Assembly: GCA_008080735.1 (NCBI GenBank) | Contig: SHMW01000026.1 | Coordinates: 1 to 20,068, forward strand | DNA from: Promethearchaeota archaeon | GTDB lineage: Archaea > Asgardarchaeota > Lokiarchaeia > Sigyniarchaeales > SOKP01 | Direction: 5' to 3' | Length of the DNA stretch: 20,068 nt | Part shown: in pieces, positions 9,648-17,192 of the stretch | How positions within the stretch are numbered: position 1 is the stretch's first letter | Layout of the letters: each line of letters opens with the position of its first letter | Position numbers and translations under genes: made by a program | Notes under the pieces: generated by a model | Seen by the model: the letters and a program-made list of their open reading frames with translations, nothing else | Told to the model about the DNA's origin: nothing | Databases searched by the model: none

Positions 9648-11669
9648 ATGAACAAAACTAATGGGAATGAAAATTCCTATAAGAATTTAAAAAAAGAGAG
9701 TAAGCAAAACAATTTAAAGCATACCACATTCGGCCCAATAGAAAATCTGGAAGAGTATGTAAACACGGATTGGTGGAAAAATCTTTTTAATTCCAATTAC
9801 TTAAAAACAGATGGGGATGTCGTCAATGATCCTGAAATCACATCTCACGAAGTAAATCTATTGATAAATCTTCTCAATCTTAAAGAAAACGATAGAATTC
9901 TAGATTTATGCTGTGGGCAAGGTAGGCATTTAATTGAACTGTCTAAAAGAGGTTTTAATCATCTTTATGGCTTGGATCAATCATCTTTTTTAATAAGAAA
10001 AGCTAAGTCGACAGCTTTGAAAGAAGCATGTGCTATTCGCTTTAAAGAAGGGGATGCCCGTAAATTACCTTATCCATTAGATTATTTTGATTATGTTATG
10101 ATATTGGGAAATAGCTTCGGATACTTTGAATCGAAACAAGACGATCTTAAAGTATTAAAAGAAGTGAGAAGAGTTTTAAAACCTTATGGAACAATCTTTT
10201 TAGATCTTACTGATGGAGAATATCTCGCAAAAAATTATAGTCCTCGATCGTGGGAATGGATAAATAAAAGGTTTTTTGTCTGTCGGGAACGAAGCCTTTC
10301 TTTGGATAAGGATCGGTTAATTTCGAGAGAGGTAATAACAGATGTGAATCAGGGGGTAATTGCAGATCAATTCTATGCAGAAAGGCTATATACAAAAGAG
10401 AAAATTATTGAATTACTGAAGGTTGCGACGTATCTTGAACCTGTTTTTCACGGAGAACTGAGTGCTAACTCTAAAAAGAACCAGGATCTTGGTATGATGG
10501 AAAAGAGAATCCTTGTCTCATCGCGGGTACAAAAAGAATGGACTCCTAAAAAGCCACGTAAAGAAGTCAAAAATGTGATCGTTTTAATGGGGGATCCAAA
10601 TAAAACTGATATTGTAAAACCTTCTCATGTGTTTGACGAGGACGATATGTATACCATTAACGAGTTAAAATCTGCGCTACACGAATTGGATGATTATAAT
10701 TTTACATATCTTGATAATCATGACACACTTATTTGGGATTTGACGAAAAAGAGAAACAAAATTGACTTTATCCTTAATTTATGTGATGAAGGGTATTACA
10801 ATGATGCGCGTAATGAATTGCATATACCTGCATTGTTGGAAATCCTGAAGATCCCATATACGGGGGGCGGTCCTCAGTGCTTGGCATTTTGCTATGATAA
10901 ATCTTTAGTACGAGGAATCGCAAAAGAAATGAATATTCCAGTTGGAGATGGAATTTATGTAAAACAAGAAGATTTTACCTATCAATTCCTTCCCTTTAAT
11001 TTTCCAGTACTAGTAAAACCTAATTTTGGAGATTCAAGTTTTGGTATTACTCAAAACAGTTATGTAGAAAATGGAGAGGGTTTAGTAAACATTATCAACG
11101 AAATCAGACAAAAGTTTGGCTATGATAAACCTATTTTGATTGAAGAATTTCTACCAGGTGCTGATTTATCCGTAGGAATAATTGGTAATCCCGATGAAAC
11201 TTATCGAGTTCTTACCATCACCGAAGAAGATTATTCAGAATTACCAGAAGATATTCCAAAAATTTGTGGATATGAAGCAAAATGGATGCCCGATTCTCCA
11301 TATTGGAATATTAAATCGATACCTGCCAGAATAGATGATCAAAAAAAGCATTTCATAATCGATTGTTGCGTGAAATTATTCAAACGGCTTGAGTGTCGAG
11401 ATTATTGTAGATTTGATTGGCGTCTTGATGCACAAGGTAATCCTAAGCTTCTTGAAGTCAATCCAAATCCGGGATGGTGTTGGGATGGACATCTTGTTAA
11501 AATGGCTAAGATTGATGGGCTTTCTTATAGCGATATGTTAAAAGAGATTTTAGAAGCCGCGGAAAGAAGGATTGGGCTAAGAACATCTCAAGAAGAATTG
11601 GAAAAATCCGATCAAGAATGCAAGATTATAGACAAAAAATCCTCAAAAGATCCTATTATTTCTACTTAG
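9648..11669 (+). CDS. Class I SAM-dependent methyltransferase fused to a D-Ala-D-Ala-ligase-like ATP-grasp domain
   Basis: N-half: ILDLCCGQGRH, GLDQS, GDARKLP, GNSFGYF. C-half: IPYTG, DKSL, PVLVKP, SSFGI, IEEFLPG, RFDWR, LEVNPNPG. Confidence 0.9.
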   Translation: MNKTNGNENSYKNLKKESKQNNLKHTTFGPIENLEEYVNTDWWKNLFNSNYLKTDGDVVNDPEITSHEVNLLINLLNLKENDRILDLCCGQGRHLIELSKRGFNHLYGLDQSSFLIRKAKSTALKEACAIRFKEGDARKLPYPLDYFDYVMILGNSFGYFESKQDDLKVLKEVRRVLKPYGTIFLDLTDGEYLAKNYSPRSWEWINKRFFVCRERSLSLDKDRLISREVITDVNQGVIADQFYAERLYTKEKIIELLKVATYLEPVFHGELSANSKKNQDLGMMEKRILVSSRVQKEWTPKKPRKEVKNVIVLMGDPNKTDIVKPSHVFDEDDMYTINELKSALHELDDYNFTYLDNHDTLIWDLTKKRNKIDFILNLCDEGYYNDARNELHIPALLEILKIPYTGGGPQCLAFCYDKSLVRGIAKEMNIPVGDGIYVKQEDFTYQFLPFNFPVLVKPNFGDSSFGITQNSYVENGEGLVNIINEIRQKFGYDKPILIEEFLPGADLSVGIIGNPDETYRVLTITEEDYSELPEDIPKICGYEAKWMPDSPYWNIKSIPARIDDQKKHFIIDCCVKLFKRLECRDYCRFDWRLDAQGNPKLLEVNPNPGWCWDGHLVKMAKIDGLSYSDMLKEILEAAERRIGLRTSQEELEKSDQECKIIDKKSSKDPIIST

Positions 11670-11670
11670 A

Positions 11671-11697
11671 TTTTCTCCTTTTCTCTTTTTTTTATTT
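11671..11697 (+). terminator. Putative oligo-T/pyrimidine terminator
   Basis: TTTTCTCCTTTTCTCTTTTTTTTATTT directly after the stop at 11669. Confidence 0.4.
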
Positions 11698-11750
11698 GGT
11701 AAATAAACCCATATTTTTTAATTACAAATAATTCATATCTAAATGATTAT

Positions 11751-13178
11751 ATGTCTTTTTCATATCATTGCTATAATTGCGATAACCAATTTAATAGCTC
11801 ACAAGTAAGCTATAGCTGTCCGAAATGCGAAGGATTAGTATTAATTGAGACTATTACTGAAATTGTTAAAAAATTATTTAGCAAGAAGTTTCAGCCAGAT
11901 AGTTTTTGGGATTTCAGAGCAATCTTACCAAAAATAGATGATCAGTTTATTGTGAGTTTAGGTGAAGGAGGAACTCCTTGTAGAAGATCAAAACGGTTGG
12001 GTAAGATTTGGAACATAGATGGGCTTTATTTCAAAGATGAGACACAGAACCCTACAAATTCCTTCAAGGATCGCGCCGCAGCATTACTTGTTTCTCATGC
12101 TCAAAGCTTAAAAAAGAATAAAATAATATGTGCTTCAAATGGAAATCAAGGAGCATCAATAGCCGCTTATGCCTCATTAGAGGGAATGGAATGTACTAAC
12201 ATTATACCCAAGAAAATTGATGTGGGTAAGAAAGCCCAAATGATTGCATACAATTCTAAAATTATTGAAAACGGAGATTATGTAGATGAGGCTATTGAAG
12301 AAGCGATTAAATCAAAATATAAAGAATATTATCAAGCAACTCCCGAATTTAATCCATTAACTATTGAAGCTCAAAAAACCATTTCATATGAAATTTTCCA
12401 GCAGGTTGGACCAATAGAAGGGATAATAGTACCCATGGGAAGCGGGGGGTTATTATTGAGTATATGGAAAGGATTCAAAGAATTGAGAGAGGGAGGTATT
12501 ATAAAAAGTCTTCCAAAAATGATTGGAGTACAATCACAAGCATCATCTCCGATAGTAAATCAAATGGAGCAGATCGAAGAAATCTTGAATAAGCCCATAA
12601 AAAAGGGATTTAATTCCTATGCTCTGGGAATTTTAGTTAAAAAGCCGTTTTATCAGGATCTAGCCCTTAAAGCAATTAAATACTCCAATGGGATGGCTAT
12701 ATCTATTCCAGAAAATATTATGCTCACTTCTGCTGAAGAGCTAGCGAGTAATGAAGGGATATTTGCTGAACCTGCCTCAGCTCTCACTGTCGGTGCGTTA
12801 AACATCTTACGTGAGGAAAACAAAATTCGAACAAATGAGAAAATTGTCTGTATGATTACAGGGTCTGGTTTAAAAACACCACATGTTCTGGAGGCGCTTT
12901 CGAGTAGAGCTAAGACCGCAGGACTAGGGGGTATATTAAGTACAAAATTAAAAATTCTCTCTCAAATCTCTATTTCCCATAAAAATGGAATTTATGGAAA
13001 AAAAATCGGAGAAATTCTTGGAGGTATCAGTCTTGCCGCCGTTTATCAACATTTAAAGGAATTAGAGGAGCGAGAACTCATTAAACGGCAAAAAAAGGGA
13101 AAATCGGTATATTATCGAATTACTGAAAAAGGAAAGAAGGTCTTAGAAGCGCTTGAAACACTTATCACGTTGCTATAA
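11751..13178 (+). CDS. thrC: Threonine synthase-like fold-type II PLP enzyme with an N-terminal Zn ribbon and a C-terminal winged HTH
   Basis: CYNC/CPKC, SLGEGGTP, NPTNSFKDR (PLP lysine), ASNGN, VPMGSGG, EPASA, TGSGLK. The last ~80 aa, SLAAVYQHLKELEERELIK...YYRITEKGKKVL, are an ArsR/PadR-like wHTH. Confidence 0.85.
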   Translation: MSFSYHCYNCDNQFNSSQVSYSCPKCEGLVLIETITEIVKKLFSKKFQPDSFWDFRAILPKIDDQFIVSLGEGGTPCRRSKRLGKIWNIDGLYFKDETQNPTNSFKDRAAALLVSHAQSLKKNKIICASNGNQGASIAAYASLEGMECTNIIPKKIDVGKKAQMIAYNSKIIENGDYVDEAIEEAIKSKYKEYYQATPEFNPLTIEAQKTISYEIFQQVGPIEGIIVPMGSGGLLLSIWKGFKELREGGIIKSLPKMIGVQSQASSPIVNQMEQIEEILNKPIKKGFNSYALGILVKKPFYQDLALKAIKYSNGMAISIPENIMLTSAEELASNEGIFAEPASALTVGALNILREENKIRTNEKIVCMITGSGLKTPHVLEALSSRAKTAGLGGILSTKLKILSQISISHKNGIYGKKIGEILGGISLAAVYQHLKELEERELIKRQKKGKSVYYRITEKGKKVLEALETLITLL

Positions 13179-13208
13179 GAGGATTTGAGCTTTTTAGATC
13201 CAATACTT

Positions 13209-13832
13209 TTATTCATTAAGTGCTTTGTGAACATTGAAATCTTGCTCTTCGCTTATAAATAGCTTTTCGAATAATTGAGGTAATGATTCATACAATCCTT
13301 TTCTGAGAGGAATTGTCAATAGTAATGAAATTGTGATTCCAAGAGAATATTGAATTAAGCTATTCATAAATATTTCATATAACGCAGCATAGAATCCAAA
13401 TAATATGATCTCATAGATGAAATAACCAAAAACCATAATTAAACCTCCAATAGCCACACCAATTATATCCCGATAAGTTAGATTTCTTCCATTGCGTTTT
13501 GGGTCCGCAATTAATCCAACCACAAATCCTTCTAATCCTTTTATGATTAAAGTTGCTGGTGCATATATAAGAGCTCCTAGAAAGATGTCTGCTAAAGCCG
13601 AACCGATGCCTCCTGCTAATGCTCCTACAAAAGGACCAAATAAAAGAGCTGCTAACATCACCACAGCATCTCCAATGTTTATGTATCCTTGAGTCGCAGG
13701 AATAGGAATGGCAATAAGCATCGTAATTACACATGCTAATGCACCAAAAATTCCGATTAATGAGAGAGAAATCGAATTAGTTGGAGAGTAATATCCAAAA
13801 ATGGTTTTTTCATAACTTTTTTGACTATTCAT
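13209..13832 (-). CDS. ECF transporter S component (resembles the HmpT/PdxU2-type group)
   Basis: IPIPATQGYINIGDA...LLFGP..GALAGGIGSALAD...APATLIIKGLEG, with 5-6 TM segments. ATG at 13832 (alternative TTG 13844). Confidence 0.85.
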   Translation of the reverse strand: MNSQKSYEKTIFGYYSPTNSISLSLIGIFGALACVITMLIAIPIPATQGYINIGDAVVMLAALLFGPFVGALAGGIGSALADIFLGALIYAPATLIIKGLEGFVVGLIADPKRNGRNLTYRDIIGVAIGGLIMVFGYFIYEIILFGFYAALYEIFMNSLIQYSLGITISLLLTIPLRKGLYESLPQLFEKLFISEEQDFNVHKALNE

Positions 13833-13848
13833 TTTGTTTACCAACCTA

Positions 13849-13870
13849 TATATAAGTTATAACTTATATA
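13849..13870. promoter_or_regulatory. Perfect 22-bp palindrome, candidate operator of the ECF S gene
   Basis: TATATAAGTTATAACTTATATA is its own reverse complement. It lies between the putative TATA box and the start codon of the ECF gene. Confidence 0.65.
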
Positions 13871-13893
13871 ACTTCAAACCTAGATATAATCTG

Positions 13894-13910
13894 AACCTTA
13901 TAAAGGTTTT
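13894..13910 (-). promoter_or_regulatory. Putative BRE/TATA box of the ECF S gene
   Basis: The minus strand reads AAAACCTTTATAAGGTT (A-rich element, then TTTATAA). Confidence 0.5.
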
Positions 13911-13961
13911 GTTTTGATGTGATTGGAAACAAATCTTAAAAAACAAACTAATACATATTTT

Positions 13962-14744
13962 TTATTCTGATTGGCATTTAGGGCAATAAAACCCATGCCG
14001 ACTTGAAATTTCATATCTTTTAATCCCAGAACCGCATTTTGGACAGTTTTCCTCTTTATCTCGATGTAGCATTAAATACTCATTGGGAAATTTTGTATTT
14101 TTTATATTTAATTCTATCGCTGTATTCAAAACCTCTAAAATAGATTCATAAAGAGTCTCAATAGTAGCACTTTTCAGAGTAGATATTTTAGTTTTGGGGT
14201 AAATCTTTGCTTGAAAGAGGATTTCATCAGAATATTCATTTCCAATTCCGCTTATAGCACTCTGGTCCATCAACGCGGTTTTAGCATATGAACGCTTCTT
14301 ATTTTCCATAATCATTTTAAATTCATCAAGAGTAAGCTTAAGAGCGTCTGGACCGATTTCATTCTCTTTAGCATATTCGGAAATTTCATTAACAATTTGA
14401 ACCCTTCCGAGTTTTCTGACCGATACTATAGAAAGATAATCGCCATTTTTAAACTCAATTTGAATTTTGCTATATTCTGGTTCATTCTTCGGATTATTAT
14501 AATATTTCACGGTTCCACTCATAGCGAAATGAAGCATTAGATTTTTGGAATCGAAATGAATAAATAGGTATTTACCTCTTCGTTCAGTTCGGGTGAATTT
14601 CTTTCCTATCAATGCTTCTTTAAACTCTTTTGTTGGCATTTTTAAAATATAATCATCATGAACCGTGATTGTTGAAATTTCTTTATTAAGCGCACTTGGG
14701 TCTATCTCCTTTCTAAAGCTCTCCACTTCTGGCAATTCTGGCAT
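13962..14744 (-). CDS. mutM: Fpg/Nei family DNA glycosylase/AP lyase
   Basis: N-terminal MPELPEVE, RRGKYL, H2TH motif LMDQSAISGIGNEYSDEILF, C-terminal zinc finger CPKC...CPKCQ. Confidence 0.92.
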   Translation of the reverse strand: MPELPEVESFRKEIDPSALNKEISTITVHDDYILKMPTKEFKEALIGKKFTRTERRGKYLFIHFDSKNLMLHFAMSGTVKYYNNPKNEPEYSKIQIEFKNGDYLSIVSVRKLGRVQIVNEISEYAKENEIGPDALKLTLDEFKMIMENKKRSYAKTALMDQSAISGIGNEYSDEILFQAKIYPKTKISTLKSATIETLYESILEVLNTAIELNIKNTKFPNEYLMLHRDKEENCPKCGSGIKRYEISSRHGFYCPKCQSE

Positions 14745-14926
14745 GGGTATTCACAAATATATAACTATTTATTAGTGGATTTAAATTATTTTTTTATAGA
14801 TTTTAATTTTATATTGCTTCGTAGCAAATAATTATTAAAATTGTAAGAAATCTCAATTGGAGAAAATAATTTGGTTTTTAAAATCTTCATTTTCAACCTA
14901 AAAAGACCTTTATTTTGATGATTTAA

Positions 14927-15202
14927 TTGGAAATAATAAAATTTTTAGCAGATAAGCTGGCTCGTAAGATTGGTATGTCTGCCGTAGCGGCACGAGGACT
15001 CATCAAATTATCGATTAAAGACAAATATGGCCCCTTTAAACCATATGAACAATTAACGTATGGAGATTTAGAACAAATGATTGAAGATTCTCTAAAGAAA
15101 CGATTAGAAGAAATCGAAATAGATAATCTAGAAGATCTAATAACATTTCTGAAAACGGAACTAAATGAAAATCAATCTTTGATCACTATGGGGGCTGTTT
15201 GA
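14927..15202 (+). CDS. Small soluble helical hypothetical protein (copy 1)
   Basis: 91 aa, TTG start. 58/91 identical without gaps (manual count) to 16079..16354, which supports it being coding. Confidence 0.85.
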   Translation: MEIIKFLADKLARKIGMSAVAARGLIKLSIKDKYGPFKPYEQLTYGDLEQMIEDSLKKRLEEIEIDNLEDLITFLKTELNENQSLITMGAV

Positions 15203-15264
15203 AAAAATCATGATAATAGAATACATATCGAAATTCGAATTAAAAAGAAAGAGCGTATCACAAA

Positions 15265-15972
15265 ATGTACTCAACGATTTATAATGTATTTAATATAATG
15301 TTTATTGTATTTATTGGGAGTTTATTAGTTAATGGAATATTTCTTTTAATTCGCTCTTATAAGCTTAGAAGGCTTAATGTTTTTCATATTGGTATAGCTC
15401 ATATTTTCATCGTATTGGGATTTGTAGGAAATTTAATCTTCAATCTATCTCTCCTTTTTGAAGAGACATTTGTTTCCTTGGGTTTCTTTTTCGGTGTACT
15501 TTTCACATTCACCACTTTCCATAAAAATCGTGATATAAATGCAAAGTACACTCTCCTTTTCATAAGTATCTTGTTGTTAGTACATTATATTTTTCAAGTT
15601 ATTTATTTTATCACTCCCGGGAGTTTAGTCCATATAATTAGCAAAATTTTAGATATTGCTAGCACATTTTCGGTTTTCGGCTGGATGGGTTTCTCATCAT
15701 TCTTTGCTTATCAAAGAATTAAAGATGAAAATGTACAAGATTGGATCAAATTTAGGTACAAACTTATCAGTTTTTCAGCGTCAATTTTAAGCTTGCAAGC
15801 CATTCCAGAGCTATTTATACGATATGATGTTGAATATGGAGATCCCGCCAACTTGGGTACATTAGTTATTTTTGGTTTTACCTTAATATTTTCTCTCATT
15901 TTCTCAATAGGTTTTTTAATTGCGTGGATTTTTCCAAAATATATTAAAAAGGTTAGTTCTCCTGAAGAATGA
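15265..15972 (+). CDS. Seven-transmembrane hypothetical protein (copy 1)
   Basis: Seven hydrophobic segments. Collinear paralog of 16402..17127. Confidence 0.85.
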   Translation: MYSTIYNVFNIMFIVFIGSLLVNGIFLLIRSYKLRRLNVFHIGIAHIFIVLGFVGNLIFNLSLLFEETFVSLGFFFGVLFTFTTFHKNRDINAKYTLLFISILLLVHYIFQVIYFITPGSLVHIISKILDIASTFSVFGWMGFSSFFAYQRIKDENVQDWIKFRYKLISFSASILSLQAIPELFIRYDVEYGDPANLGTLVIFGFTLIFSLIFSIGFLIAWIFPKYIKKVSSPEE

Positions 15973-16002
15973 ATTCACATAGATTAAAGACTTTAGTAAT
16001 GT

Positions 16003-16018
16003 AAAGGTTTATATATAA
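16003..16018 (+). promoter_or_regulatory. Putative BRE/TATA promoter of the second cassette
   Basis: AAAGGTTTATATATAA about 65 nt upstream of TTG 16079, with an SD-like GAGGT just before the start. Confidence 0.5.
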
Positions 16019-16078
16019 GAATTTGTGAAATTTACTAAAGGAAAACTATCCATTAGAAAAATTTTTCTGAGGTTTTAA

Positions 16079-16354
16079 TTGGAAATTATAACTTTATTAG
16101 CGGAAAAACTCGCTTCTAAAATAGAAATGACTCCCACTGCTACGAGAGGATTAATAAAATTATCTATTAAAGATGAAGTGGGACCATTTAAACCAATTGA
16201 ACAATTAGATTATGATGATCTAATGGATATAATTAATCGCTCATTAAAAAAAAGATTAGAGGCGATTAAAGTTGATAATGTGGATTTAATCATTAAATAT
16301 TTAGCAAAAACGCTAATCGAGAATCAATCTCTTATAACGATGGGATCCGTATAG
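16079..16354 (+). CDS. Small soluble helical hypothetical protein (copy 2)
   Basis: 91 aa, TTG start after GAGGT. Shares RGLIKLSIKD, GPFKP, SLKKRLE and ENQSLITMG with copy 1. Confidence 0.85.
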   Translation: MEIITLLAEKLASKIEMTPTATRGLIKLSIKDEVGPFKPIEQLDYDDLMDIINRSLKKRLEAIKVDNVDLIIKYLAKTLIENQSLITMGSV

Positions 16355-16401
16355 GAAGAAAAAATAAAAATCTAAAAAAGTTTGAGCTGATAAAAAATAG
16401 T

Positions 16402-17127
16402 ATGTTATTAATATATAATATCTTTACATTGTTATTCGCTGTATTTATATCCCTATTGTTGATAACGGGAACATTTTTAATAACTAGGGCGGTATATCTC
16501 AGAAAATTAAACGTTTTTTATATCGGAATCGCATATATTCTAATTGGATTTGGGTTTATTGGAAACCTCGTATTCAAATTAGGTATCATATTTGAAGAAA
16601 TTTTTGTATCATCTGGATTCAGCTTTTTGGCTTTATTCACATATACCACATTTTATAAAAACCGTAATCACAAGGCAAAATATTTATTAACTTGTGTTCT
16701 TTCACTTTTGGTCATCCATTTCATATTTAAGGTGATTTTCTTCATTCAGCCAAACGAACTTACGCATATTATTCGTAAAATATTCGATGTTATTAGCACC
16801 TTTAGTATATTCGCTTGGATGGGCTTATCTTCCTTAGTCGCATACCAGAGAATTAAGGATGAAAATATCCAACAGTGGATTAAAACAAGGTACAAAATAT
16901 TTTCTTATTCAGCACTATTATTAAGCGTTCAAGCAATTCCCGAATTATTTTTACCTTATGATGTCAGTTATGGAGATCCAGATTTTAATGCTGTATTGAT
17001 ATTTGGAATCACATTAATTTTATCGTTAATTTTTTCTCTCGGTTTTTTATTTGCTTGGATCATCCCTAAACAATTAAAAAAGATCAATAATAAACTCATA
17101 AGTATTTGGAATAGAAGAAAAAATTAA
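16402..17127 (+). CDS. Seven-transmembrane hypothetical protein (copy 2)
   Basis: Seven hydrophobic segments. Shares GNL, FEE, AYQRIKDEN.Q.WIK.RYK, QAIPELF, YGDP and AWI.PK with copy 1. Confidence 0.85.
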   Translation: MLLIYNIFTLLFAVFISLLLITGTFLITRAVYLRKLNVFYIGIAYILIGFGFIGNLVFKLGIIFEEIFVSSGFSFLALFTYTTFYKNRNHKAKYLLTCVLSLLVIHFIFKVIFFIQPNELTHIIRKIFDVISTFSIFAWMGLSSLVAYQRIKDENIQQWIKTRYKIFSYSALLLSVQAIPELFLPYDVSYGDPDFNAVLIFGITLILSLIFSLGFLFAWIIPKQLKKINNKLISIWNRRKN

Positions 17128-17192
17128 ATTAGTAATTGATTTTGGTAACTTTGTTTTTAAAATAATTATAATATTTAGGCATTGAGTTTTTA

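Larger units (their letters stand above)
14921..17127 (+). repeat. Diverged tandem duplication of a two-gene cassette (~1.15 kb period)
   Basis: Both units begin TTTAA-TTG-GAA-AT and encode a paralogous 91-aa protein followed by a paralogous 7TM protein. Confidence 0.9.

Noticed and set aside
15265-17127. 7TM proteins as microbial rhodopsins, schizorhodopsins or heliorhodopsins
   Set aside because: No retinal-binding lysine (DxxxK/SxxxK) in TM7 and no RYxxW-like helix C motif.
14927-17127. Toxin-antitoxin or mobile element explanation for the duplicated cassette
   Set aside because: No recognisable toxin, transposase or terminal repeats.
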